Sequence record: MK599315.1
Length of the DNA: 64,000 nt
Reading direction: 5' to 3' (one strand)
Each line of letters begins with the position of its first letter. The first letter of the stretch is position 1. The notes below the pieces were generated by a model that was given only the letters and a program-made list of their open reading frames with translations, did no database searches and was not told where the DNA came from. Shown here piece after piece: positions 40,763 to 49,280 of this stretch. Made by a program: the position numbers and the translations under genes.

Positions 40763-41044
40763 ATGTTCGGTAATTTTGTAAAAGGTCTGGGTTGTGTTGT
40801 AGTCGGCGGTGTAATCTCGATGATCGCCATTACATGGACCGACGAGAACACAGCAGAAGAAGTCATGCAGAAACTGCGTGACGCCAATGATCGAATCCCG
40901 CCGGATTACGATCTCGATAAACGTAAAGAAGAACTGTCCGATCTGGCAGAACGCCTGATCCATGAAGCAGAAGAACGTATTCTGCTGACGGCAACTCTGC
41001 GCGAACTGCGTGAGGAAGTTGTCAAGTTCCTGCGTAAACTGTAA
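40763..41044 (+). CDS. N-terminally anchored coiled-coil membrane protein
   Basis: 93 aa; hydrophobic N-terminus and charged helical C-terminus. Confidence 0.75.
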   Translation: MFGNFVKGLGCVVVGGVISMIAITWTDENTAEEVMQKLRDANDRIPPDYDLDKRKEELSDLAERLIHEAEERILLTATLRELREEVVKFLRKL

Positions 41045-41046
41045 TA

Positions 41047-41076
41047 AGAAGGGCTCTTCGGAGCCCTTTCTTTTTA
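41047..41076 (+). terminator. Intrinsic terminator
   Basis: AGAAGGGCTC-TTCG-GAGCCCTTTC-TTTTT. Confidence 0.85.
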
Positions 41077-41112
41077 TCATATTCGAATGTACATTTAAGT
41101 CTTTTTAAAACG

Positions 41113-41132
41113 TATATTACAAATGTGATAAT
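41113..41132 (+). promoter_or_regulatory. phiKZ-type early promoter with quasi-palindromic extension
   Basis: TTTTTAAAACG-TATATTAC-AAAT-GTGATAAT. Confidence 0.75.
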
Positions 41133-41159
41133 ACCCCTATCTAGAGAAGGAAACTCAAC

Positions 41160-41315
41160 ATGAAAGCTATCGTAATGGTTCTGGTTGGTATGGTTCTCGG
41201 TGCAGCTGTTGTTTACGGCGGTTCCTATGAAGCTCCGAAAGTTGAAAAAGAATCCGAGGTTATTCTCGGTCATCGTATCGGTCCCAATGGCCAAGAAATG
41301 CTCGTAACTAAATAA
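41160..41315 (+). CDS. 51-aa membrane-anchored protein (not in ORF track)
   Basis: MKAIVMVLVGMVLGAAVVYGG...; RBS AAGGA. Confidence 0.7.
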   Translation: MKAIVMVLVGMVLGAAVVYGGSYEAPKVEKESEVILGHRIGPNGQEMLVTK

Positions 41316-41326
41316 GGAGATAAAAA

Positions 41327-41668
41327 ATGGAAAAGTCCGTAGCAGTTAAAGTAATCGACAACATGTGCCGTCCGAATATCGTTGCTCGCATGAATGGTAA
41401 ACTGGTCTACCATGCGCGTAACGTAGAAATAGTGGAAGGTAAGGATCTATGGCCAAATCGCACTGACGTAGATGATGTTCGTGTACTGGTCGGTGAAACC
41501 TTCCGTAACGGTGAATGGGTATCCCTGCGCAGTTCTAGCCTGGTTAAAGTAGACACTGTTGCTGGTGTATACGAAACCCTCAACTCTGTTTACCTTGCTC
41601 CGGATCTTCTGGGAAGTCTCTCGGTTGGTCCCGACGTCTTCAATTCGGATGCCACTCTGAAAGGGTAA
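41327..41668 (+). CDS. Hypothetical soluble beta-rich protein
   Basis: 113 aa; RBS AAGGAG. Confidence 0.75.
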   Translation: MEKSVAVKVIDNMCRPNIVARMNGKLVYHARNVEIVEGKDLWPNRTDVDDVRVLVGETFRNGEWVSLRSSSLVKVDTVAGVYETLNSVYLAPDLLGSLSVGPDVFNSDATLKG

Positions 41669-41673
41669 TAGTC

Positions 41674-41826
41674 ATGGACTTCATTAAAGAAAATGCACTC
41701 AGCTTGGGTCTCATCGCCGTAGCCGTTGTCGGCTTCGTCGGCGTTGCTGCTTACCATAACAACTGGATGGAAGAGCGTCGTAAGACCAAGGACGAAACTG
41801 CAAAACCAAAAGCTGAACTGCGTTAA
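41674..41826 (+). CDS. 50-aa single-pass membrane protein (not in ORF track)
   Basis: MDFIKENALSLGLIAVAVVGFVGVAAYHN...*. Confidence 0.7.
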   Translation: MDFIKENALSLGLIAVAVVGFVGVAAYHNNWMEERRKTKDETAKPKAELR

Positions 41827-41864
41827 TCCATTCTCACTTCAAATTCGAAAATAGGAATATACAA

Positions 41865-42188
41865 ATGAATCAAGTCCTCAAAGAAATGGCAATTGGTCTT
41901 GGCGTTGCCCTGGCTGTCGCTGGTGTCATGATCGGTACTGATATCGTGGCTAAGAGTCTGAACGATAAGATTCTTTTCGCTGATTTCAGTAAGCGGTTGG
42001 ACGTACTGATCCAAGAAGCACGTAAAGCTGCGATCGAGAATGATACCGCTGCTCGTCTGCGTTTCTCTCAGGGCCTGTTGAGTCTCCGCATTAAAATGGC
42101 TATTGAAATGCGTGATCGTGACGGTGAGTACAAAGCTGCATTCGATGTACGCATCGATGAATTCAAATCCGAAATGGGTTGGGGGTAA
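41865..42188 (+). CDS. N-terminally anchored membrane protein
   Basis: 107 aa; AIGLGVALAVAGVMIG, then helical. Confidence 0.75.
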   Translation: MNQVLKEMAIGLGVALAVAGVMIGTDIVAKSLNDKILFADFSKRLDVLIQEARKAAIENDTAARLRFSQGLLSLRIKMAIEMRDRDGEYKAAFDVRIDEFKSEMGWG

Positions 42189-42192
42189 TAGG

Positions 42193-42578
42193 ATGGAACC
42201 TACGTTAAATACGGTCTCATTGCATTGGCGGTTAGTGCAACCGCCGTTGCTGCTATCCTCGCCGTAAAAGCAACCACCAAGGAAGAAGGGCGAACTGTAG
42301 CGGAACAGATCGAAAGCAGTATCTCCGATATTCTTATCGATAAGATCTCGGCCTACCGTAATAGTGATCAACATCGCAAGTTGGTGAATCGGCTCAGGCG
42401 TGATCGTGAACTGGATGTCGCAGAGTTCATTTCGCGTATCCAGCTGGACATCGCTCTGAACGTTCTTCCGGAGGTAGAAGTACTTCTGGAATCTCATCGT
42501 GATCAGCTGACCGAGGAAGAGTTCGATCGGCTGGTTGCAAATCTCCAACATTTCGTACAACGGATCATCGCTAAGTGA
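42193..42578 (+). CDS. N-terminally anchored membrane protein; one apparent 1-nt deletion after the start codon
   Basis: ATG GA[A] ACC TAC restores METYVKYGLIALAVSATAVAAILAV..., 128 aa. Confidence 0.7.
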
Positions 42579-42751
42579 AAACCAAAATAGGTGTAGGTTT
42601 TCTTGCAGTTCTGATGGGACTCGCTGCTGCTTGCGGTGAGTTCTATTATGAACTGACCAAACCCGAAGGTAAGGTTTCGAAGGAATGGTGTCAACATCCG
42701 GCTAAACCGAAATGTACTATGTTTGCATTCACTGTAAATGAGGATAAATAA
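42575..42751 (+). CDS. 58-aa exported or lipoprotein-like peptide (not in ORF track)
   Basis: GTG start overlapping the previous TGA; MKTKIGVGFLAVLMGLAAAC-GEF; stop abuts the next ATG. Confidence 0.65.
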   Translation: MKTKIGVGFLAVLMGLAAACGEFYYELTKPEGKVSKEWCQHPAKPKCTMFAFTVNEDK

Positions 42752-43354
42752 ATGGATAGTCGTCTGTCGAAAGTCTTCCAAAACGTGGACCATGTGTTCA
42801 CCCAAGAGCAGACCAATGAACTGGTCAATCGTCGTAATAAAGACATGATGTTGACCGTAAAGGTTGACGCTATGCTGGCGTTGATCAAAAACGATGCGGT
42901 TAAGTTCAAAGATCTGGAAACGTTGATCATTAATGATGCAATCGATTTCATTACAGCTGAACGTGCATCTGATATCGCACTGGGCCTTTTCAACAAAATG
43001 GTTTACCAGGATGTTGGACCAGATGCAGTCGGCTTGTTGGAATATGCCAAAGCCGCCGAGTACATGTGCACGCACGTGGATGAATCCCGTGCATGGGTCA
43101 ATACGTACCGTGATAAGCTGAAGTCTTTCATGGTCACTTTCACCTCTCAGTGCATTGGCAATGCTTTGGTTCGTTCTGAGCTGAGAACTCTTCAGGCTCA
43201 AAACTACAACATCGCCAAGCAAAACTTTCGCAACATGAGTAAACCTGCCCCTGAAGGCACCGTAAAGGAACTGGCTGCAAAATACGGTAAGTCCATTTCG
43301 GAGATCCGCCGTATGAAAGCCGAAGGTCGTCTTGGGGAACTGACCCAAGAATAA
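42752..43354 (+). CDS. Helical protein with C-terminal helix-turn-helix
   Basis: 200 aa; C-terminal TVKELAAKYGKSISEIRRMKAEG. Confidence 0.7.
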   Translation: MDSRLSKVFQNVDHVFTQEQTNELVNRRNKDMMLTVKVDAMLALIKNDAVKFKDLETLIINDAIDFITAERASDIALGLFNKMVYQDVGPDAVGLLEYAKAAEYMCTHVDESRAWVNTYRDKLKSFMVTFTSQCIGNALVRSELRTLQAQNYNIAKQNFRNMSKPAPEGTVKELAAKYGKSISEIRRMKAEGRLGELTQE

Positions 43355-43355
43355 T

Positions 43356-43382
43356 AGATGGGTCTCTTCGGAGACCCCATCT
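43356..43382 (+). terminator. cUUCGg hairpin without U-tract, overlapped by a second hairpin
   Basis: AGATGGGTCTC-TTCG-GAGACCCCATCT; the left arm lacks one G relative to the right arm. Confidence 0.6.
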
Positions 43383-43449
43383 CAATGTGTCTTGGAAAGG
43401 ATGCATTGAGATGTACTCAACTAAACCCAAATGTAAAAAGGAAATTACC

Positions 43450-44567
43450 ATGAAACAATATCGCGAACCCACCACCCGTCTGACCAAAGAAAAACTGGAA
43501 TGGGTTATCGAACGTCGCAAGGAACGTAAAGCCGAGAGCCCCTTCGGCCGCGCTCATTTCCCTGCTGGTACCCGTGCAATCTTCGAGTCCTGTTCTCTCC
43601 GTTTCCTGGACGAAAATGAACGCGTGTATCCCGGTCAGTGTTATGAAACCTTCGAAGCTACCGTTCTTGGTATCGTGGCCAATGGTCATGACAGCTATAT
43701 CGCTGTTCTGGATAAACCCTGCAACTTGATCGAGGACGCAAGTACAGCATCAACATTAGCTGGTGTAAAAAGATCCTCGAACGTGGCGAAGGTAACTTCA
43801 CCTGGTTCAAAGAAGAACCGACTGAGTACGATCGTGCGCATGGTTGGAACATCCGTGAGAAACATCCGACTGTTCGTTGGGTAGAAGGTCCTCGCCCTAC
43901 TAAGGTTCGCAACCTGACCTGGGCTGAGGAGTTCGACTACCATCGTCATACCGATCCGGTCTACGTCGAGATCAACAAGCACCACAACCAGTACTTCATC
44001 ACTGACATGCGTACGTTCGTGATGTTCGCTCTCCAAGAGCATCCTGCATATACCAACCCTTCGAAGGATCATCTGTATGATCTGGAGAAACTGGTAGCAG
44101 CGATGTATGCTGATCCGACTATCAAGGCAGCTGAAGTAAAACTGTCTCGTTATTTCGGTAGCTGGTTGATCAGCAAGAAGAAGTTCCATAAAGTCCTGCA
44201 ACGCTTGCTGCCATTCTACAAGACTTCTCGTCGTAAGGCGCAGGAAGAAGATAACAAAGCAATGTCCGAAATGTACGAAAAAGAAATGGAACGTGACTTC
44301 GATGAAATGTATGGAGAGTCTTCGGATTCTTCTGATGAATCGTGCTACTCCATGGAAGACTCGTACTACGACTCTGATTTGGATGACGACATCGAGATGA
44401 CTGACATGTATGAAGATTCGGCATGTTCTCGTGAAATCAGTGATGACGTTCAACCCAAAACCATCGGTGAACTCCTGCGTGAAGCAATGGAAGAACCCGA
44501 CGAAGATAAATCCAAACTGGTTATCAGCAGTATGGAAACTCTCTCGGAAGCGGTTGTTATCAAATAA
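43450..44567 (+). CDS. Hypothetical protein with acidic C-terminus; split by one apparent 1-nt deletion
   Basis: GAC G[G]C AAG at ~43738 joins MKQYREP... to an open frame running into ORF 44007-44567, giving 372 aa. Confidence 0.75.
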
Positions 44568-44600
44568 TTCGTTCCTAAGAACTTTCAATAAGGAATAGGC

Positions 44601-44741
44601 ATGCTCTGGAAAATCACGTGTTACAATGGTACTGTCTGGGAGGCTCCCTCTCAAATGGGAATCGAAGAGGCACTTCAAAAGTTCTATCGTGACACTGAAT
44701 TGTCGCAGTGGGATATTGTCAAAATAGAAAACATGCATTAA
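44601..44741 (+). CDS. 46-aa hypothetical protein (not in ORF track)
   Basis: MLWKITCYNGTVWEAP...KIENMH*; RBS AAGGA. Confidence 0.65.
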   Translation: MLWKITCYNGTVWEAPSQMGIEEALQKFYRDTELSQWDIVKIENMH

Positions 44742-44750
44742 GGAGTAATT

Positions 44751-45383
44751 ATGGACGTCGTTCAAGCAGTTCTGGTAATGGCTGCCCTTAAAGAACAAGC
44801 CGTCAAAGGCGTTGTTCGCGTTGCATTGACTCACCCCCGTGCAGCTAACTGGGTAAAGGTCGAAGATCGACTGATTCCTGACTATACTTCCAAGATCACT
44901 CACATCGAAGTTCCGCTTCACGATGTGCTGATCATGGGTAATGTCAATGCCGGTGGCAAATACGAACGCTGCGTCATGCGTAACAATGCAAACTGGTATG
45001 ATATCATCATCCTGAAAAACGGTGTACCGACTGTGGAAGGTTGGATGCATCAGCGCAATACGGCGGACATGACTGTCCAGTCCATGGGTACTGTAGCAGA
45101 GTGGTCCAAACCCGCTACTGCTGCCATGCCTAATCCGACCAAGATCTTCTTCCATCTGGTAACTGTAATGGATACCGATGGTCGTGTCTGGGCAGTGGTG
45201 ATCGAAGCTCGTGGCATTCCGGTAACTCAGGAAAACGTGAAAGATAAACTGGCCATGGGTATGTTCTTCGAGAGTGAAGAACACGCCCGTGAGTACATCA
45301 ACGATCGAGTAATGTTCTTCAGTGAGGTCTCTCCGACCAAACCGAAATGCAATGCATTGACCTATGCTCATGTAGCTGCGTGA
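44751..45383 (+). CDS. Hypothetical protein
   Basis: 210 aa; RBS AAGGAG. Confidence 0.8.
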   Translation: MDVVQAVLVMAALKEQAVKGVVRVALTHPRAANWVKVEDRLIPDYTSKITHIEVPLHDVLIMGNVNAGGKYERCVMRNNANWYDIIILKNGVPTVEGWMHQRNTADMTVQSMGTVAEWSKPATAAMPNPTKIFFHLVTVMDTDGRVWAVVIEARGIPVTQENVKDKLAMGMFFESEEHAREYINDRVMFFSEVSPTKPKCNALTYAHVAA

Positions 45384-45387
45384 TAAC

Positions 45388-45420
45388 AGGGGACCTTCGG
45401 GTCCCCTTTTTTATTTTTTA
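45388..45420 (+). terminator. Intrinsic terminator
   Basis: AGGGGACC-TTCG-GGTCCCCT followed by a T-tract. Confidence 0.85.
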
Positions 45421-45474
45421 TGTCGTAATTTTTTATTTAGTAATAAACCCATAAACCGCAAAAAGGAAATTACC

Positions 45475-46503
45475 ATGATCATTAATGCAAGTCTGAACCG
45501 CGCTATGTTTTCCACTCAGACCAACGAAGCTGCCGAACTGCTTCTGTTGTCTTATCTGCGTACCTCACCCGATGCGGCAGCAACCGAGGATAATGCTACC
45601 AAACGTATCCTGGCAGCCAAAGATAATTTGGTTGCACTGTGGAAGAACGGCTGCCGTTTCGTGATCGACGATGACCATCGTTGGATCATCTCTGAATTTG
45701 GAAATGCCATTCGTATTGCATATCAGGGACGTATCCGTGGTAGCTGGACTACCTTTGGTATTAACCTTGTGGACATCAATAACGGTGAAGCTGTTCTGAA
45801 CGTTATTCGTGCCCGGCTTCGTACTGGTTACCCGGCGGATGAACTGCAACCTGGTTCTAATATCAAAGGACATCTGTATGAAGACTACAAGGTGAATGGA
45901 AGTGGGATGTGGGCCGTAGGTCGAATCATTCTCGGCTTGCAGCCCAATGGGGTATTCCTCTGGGCTACTCTCGAACGTCTCTATGAGGTGGCTAAATATC
46001 ACAAGCTGTACGCCGATATCGTTGATGACTTCGGGATCAATCACGACCGTGATTACCTGAACAACATCGTCGATGGGAAATGGGTAGTGAATGAAGCTAA
46101 CGCTAAGGCAGTGCTGAATAGCTACTTCGTATCGATGCTGAAGTTTTTCTATGAGCGTGGGTTCTACTACCAAGACACCATCGATGGCGGGCGCATCGAT
46201 ATTCGTTCCAACGTAGGTTCCTACCACTTCGATGGAAAGAATGCGACTGCGCACACGATCAATATTACTTACCTCAGCGAGAACAGCTACGAAGTTCGTG
46301 ATAATGAATGGGAATTCTGTTGGGATTGCAACAACACCGAATACTTCCCTCTGGAAGCTCCTGTTGAAGCACTGACCGCATTCCAAACTCGTGTCGACAA
46401 AGAGCATATCTACATGGCGACTGGTCGTGGTTATAAGCTGGAAGATATCCACAACATCCAGCGTACTAAACGTGAACCTACCGAGTGGGAACAAGGGAAG
46501 TGA
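45475..46503 (+). CDS. Hypothetical protein
   Basis: 342 aa; RBS AAAAGGAAATT. Confidence 0.8.
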   Translation: MIINASLNRAMFSTQTNEAAELLLLSYLRTSPDAAATEDNATKRILAAKDNLVALWKNGCRFVIDDDHRWIISEFGNAIRIAYQGRIRGSWTTFGINLVDINNGEAVLNVIRARLRTGYPADELQPGSNIKGHLYEDYKVNGSGMWAVGRIILGLQPNGVFLWATLERLYEVAKYHKLYADIVDDFGINHDRDYLNNIVDGKWVVNEANAKAVLNSYFVSMLKFFYERGFYYQDTIDGGRIDIRSNVGSYHFDGKNATAHTINITYLSENSYEVRDNEWEFCWDCNNTEYFPLEAPVEALTAFQTRVDKEHIYMATGRGYKLEDIHNIQRTKREPTEWEQGK

Positions 46504-46790
46504 TTAACATTAATCACGATCTACCTATCTGGGTACTACTACTGTTAAGTACAGCCACATCATTCATCTACGCTTTTGTAAAAACCTTTCAGCAAAGAAA
46601 CATCTTTCATGGTTATAAAAAGGCTGCTTTCTTCACCTCGTGGGGTATCAGTACCCTTGAGTTGACCACCATTGGCCTATTTGTGATAGTGGGTCTTCCC
46701 GCTATTATATCTAGTGGTCTAGGTGGTTCCATAGGTGTCGTGTTGGCAATGACATTCCATGATAAGATTTTTCGTAAATTAACAAAATAG
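46500..46790 (+). CDS. Small multi-pass membrane protein
   Basis: GTG start overlapping the previous TGA; KTFQQRNI and GLGGSIGVVLAM pattern of a widespread phage membrane family. Confidence 0.7.
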   Translation: MININHDLPIWVLLLLSTATSFIYAFVKTFQQRNIFHGYKKAAFFTSWGISTLELTTIGLFVIVGLPAIISSGLGGSIGVVLAMTFHDKIFRKLTK

Positions 46791-46798
46791 GAAAAACA

Positions 46799-47137
46799 AT
46801 GTCTCGTAAACTCGGAAAGAAACATCCTCGCAATCGTTACGAAGATGCTAAGGCATATGAACACAAGTTGCGCACTGAGAAAGCCCAACTGGCGAACTGC
46901 CGACTGGGGCAATTGTATTCGGTTCGTATCCTGAACGACAACTGCTTCTTGCGTGATCGCCTTATGTGCCAGGAACAGGATATGTTCGATCCTCTTCGCC
47001 TGACCCGTGCTAAACGGGAACGTTATCTCAAAGGTGAGCGCTATTGGCTCAATGCTGGATCGGGTAAATTCATTCGTTCTGGCTATGAAAAGAACTGGGC
47101 TAAAAATAAACGTAAGGAGATGGCAAATGAGCAGTAG
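46799..47137 (+). CDS. Basic hypothetical protein
   Basis: 112 aa, R/K-rich; RBS TAGGA. Confidence 0.75.
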   Translation: MSRKLGKKHPRNRYEDAKAYEHKLRTEKAQLANCRLGQLYSVRILNDNCFLRDRLMCQEQDMFDPLRLTRAKRERYLKGERYWLNAGSGKFIRSGYEKNWAKNKRKEMANEQ

Positions 47138-47411
47138 TTATAACCCACCGGTGGACACTGTTGATGTCCTCCATATCGACTGCGAGTACGAAACGTTCTC
47201 GTTCGGTAAGTTGTTTCAACGTATGGTCGATCACTTCGGTAGCGATATCAAGCTGGACGATTTCGAAATCGAAGCAACCAAGATCAAAGTACGTGGTTGC
47301 AACTGTTGTTTGGATCTGGATGACTACACGGATTATATTCGTGTAACTCGTCTTACCCAACCCGCCGCCGATACCGAGACCCTATCGATCGAAGGTCTTA
47401 TTGTCGGTTGA
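47127..47411 (+). CDS. Hypothetical protein
   Basis: True start MSSSYNPP after AAGGAG; contains GCNCC. Confidence 0.7.
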   Translation: MSSSYNPPVDTVDVLHIDCEYETFSFGKLFQRMVDHFGSDIKLDDFEIEATKIKVRGCNCCLDLDDYTDYIRVTRLTQPAADTETLSIEGLIVG

Positions 47412-47419
47412 CGGCATAA

Positions 47420-47443
47420 AGCCCCTACCTTCCGGTAGGGGCT
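47420..47443 (+). terminator. Terminator-like hairpin
   Basis: CGGCATAA-AGCCCCTACC-TTCC-GGTAGGGGCT. Confidence 0.75.
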
Positions 47444-47571
47444 AAATCCCATTTCTTTTCGCCAAAGAGTTCGTCTCGGGCATTGCGCGTTTTGGGCACT
47501 AACCCAGCAGTAGGAATAAGAAGTAACGCGTAATCTCCTTACATACTATCAGCCAATAGGTATTATTTCAC

Positions 47572-48126
47572 ATGGACAAAAAACTGAAAGAATTCCAAGC
47601 AGTGACTCCGGGTGTAGATCGTTTCGTTTATTACGAGAAAACTGACACCTGGCTCCCCAAAGATACTCGCCCAATGGACTGTTTCCGCAATAAGAAAGCA
47701 ATAGAGGCATTCGATAAAGCCAACGAAGAAATTCAAGAACGTTGGTTCTATTGGTGCATCGCATGGGAGAAAGCTTCTGTTCGCCCTACAATGGAAACCG
47801 AACTCTGGAAGAACCCGTTCATCTCTGTTGAAGAACGACTGGAGATTGCAGAAGGCGCCATCGCGTTCCGTAACGAGGTCATCAGAAATCTCCAGGGGCG
47901 TTTAGTTTCGCCAACGATTGCCGAGTTCAAACTTAACGACGAAATGGTGGAAGCTATCTTGGATAGCAGTTACACTGTAAAAGATTTCGATCGGAACTCG
48001 GAAACGGGCGAAGTAGAGCTTCAGTATCAGATTTCCAATAACTTCCACAATCGCGAGTTGGCACGTGATACTGTTCACCGTATCATCAATGCCCTCAAAC
48101 AACTTACCCCGGTGCAACAGCAATGA
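47572..48126 (+). CDS. Hypothetical protein
   Basis: 184 aa ORF, first of a coupled operon. Confidence 0.75.
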   Translation: MDKKLKEFQAVTPGVDRFVYYEKTDTWLPKDTRPMDCFRNKKAIEAFDKANEEIQERWFYWCIAWEKASVRPTMETELWKNPFISVEERLEIAEGAIAFRNEVIRNLQGRLVSPTIAEFKLNDEMVEAILDSSYTVKDFDRNSETGEVELQYQISNNFHNRELARDTVHRIINALKQLTPVQQQ

Positions 48127-48332
48127 TCTATCTTGGTTGGTTCACCATCATCTTCGTGGTGATGGGTCTTGGTTTATTCGGTGCTTTCTGTCATCGAATA
48201 GTTAATTCCACTAATCCTGGATTGGAAGAGAAGCGTACTACAATGAATATCGCTATCTGGACAGGTATTCTTCTAGTGCTCGCTTATCTCAATGAAATCA
48301 GTCGAGTCTTTATTGTAGGAGTAGTTACATGA
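48123..48332 (+). CDS. Small two-pass membrane protein
   Basis: 69 aa, two hydrophobic helices; ATGA overlaps at both ends. Confidence 0.75.
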   Translation: MIYLGWFTIIFVVMGLGLFGAFCHRIVNSTNPGLEEKRTTMNIAIWTGILLVLAYLNEISRVFIVGVVT

Positions 48333-48571
48333 CATTACAAGAGCTGCGTGAACTTCTTTATAAAGAAGCTGGTATGGAATCAATCCATGCTAAAATTAAG
48401 CAACGGGCGCTCGCTGGTGATTCAGAGGTAAACTTCGATTACAGCAACGAGAACACGCCAGTTGAAGGGAAGATGAATAATCGTCAAGCGGAAATCCTCC
48501 GTAAAGACGGTTACATTGTTGAATACAATAGTGCCTGTCTCTGGTACGAAGTAAAAGGATGGGATGAATAA
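48329..48571 (+). CDS. Hypothetical protein
   Basis: 80 aa; coupled junctions. Confidence 0.75.
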   Translation: MTLQELRELLYKEAGMESIHAKIKQRALAGDSEVNFDYSNENTPVEGKMNNRQAEILRKDGYIVEYNSACLWYEVKGWDE

Positions 48572-48837
48572 TGGGACTCCGTTACATGGGTTATTCCGTT
48601 AAAGCAACTGTGGCTGACCGTGAAGGCGAGTCGCATATCTTTGACGGCTTTGCCAAGCCTGGCGAGGGTAATTCGGTTTATCCCGGAGCTAATGGTGAAG
48701 GTGATAAGCGTCTTGCGGCTCGCCGCGCACTGGAAGCCTTCATGGATAGTCCAGTCTTCGAGGAACTAACATCGGATATGTACGATACGTTCGATGTTCG
48801 TTTCAATTCTCTTGTGCACACTGGAATGCCGGAGTAA
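48571..48837 (+). CDS. Hypothetical protein
   Basis: 88 aa; TAATG junction. Confidence 0.7.
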   Translation: MGLRYMGYSVKATVADREGESHIFDGFAKPGEGNSVYPGANGEGDKRLAARRALEAFMDSPVFEELTSDMYDTFDVRFNSLVHTGMPE

Positions 48838-48842
48838 TAAAA

Positions 48843-49280
48843 ATGTCGATGTATACCAAAGACAACGCTGAACTTTACACCCACAAAGAAGATGGTGGTA
48901 TTTACTACTACCATGGCTTGGCTCATGGTACCGGTGATCAACGTGGAGAACTGCTGCACATCTACAGTGATTACTTCACTGACATGACGTACTACCGTAA
49001 CCACACCTGGTCTACTCGGATGGAACGCGTTTCTGCTCCAGGGCTTCGTCTGAGTCGTTCCTTGCATCCACGTCTATGGATCACCACTCTGATCGGTTTG
49101 ATGATCATTATCATTACTCAGGTTGTTTTCGGCACCGAGTTCAATGCAATCACTCTCCAAGAGATTGTCGGTACAGCCGTCGCTGGTGTACTGGCACTGG
49201 GTCTTCCGAGTTTCATCCTGCACCAACTGTACAAGTGGAAGTACAAGAAACCTGTTAAACAGAAGTCCGAAGCGGCATAA
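48843..49280 (+). CDS. DUF1653-like N-terminal domain fused to two TM helices
   Basis: LYTHKEDGGIYYYHGLAHG...E-L-L-x-I-Y...Y-Y-R resembles the Y-x-H-x-K-G-x-x-Y pattern; two hydrophobic helices follow. Confidence 0.6.
   Translation: MSMYTKDNAELYTHKEDGGIYYYHGLAHGTGDQRGELLHIYSDYFTDMTYYRNHTWSTRMERVSAPGLRLSRSLHPRLWITTLIGLMIIIITQVVFGTEFNAITLQEIVGTAVAGVLALGLPSFILHQLYKWKYKKPVKQKSEAA

Noticed and set aside
43695-45371. 558-aa antisense ORF spanning three + strand genes
   Set aside because: The three sense genes (44007 frame, 44601, 44751) share one frame, so the shadow ORF runs across them. It ends close to the apparent frameshift, as expected of a shadow.
45565-46494. 309-aa antisense ORF
   Set aside because: Shadow of the 342-aa sense gene, which has a clear RBS and operon context.
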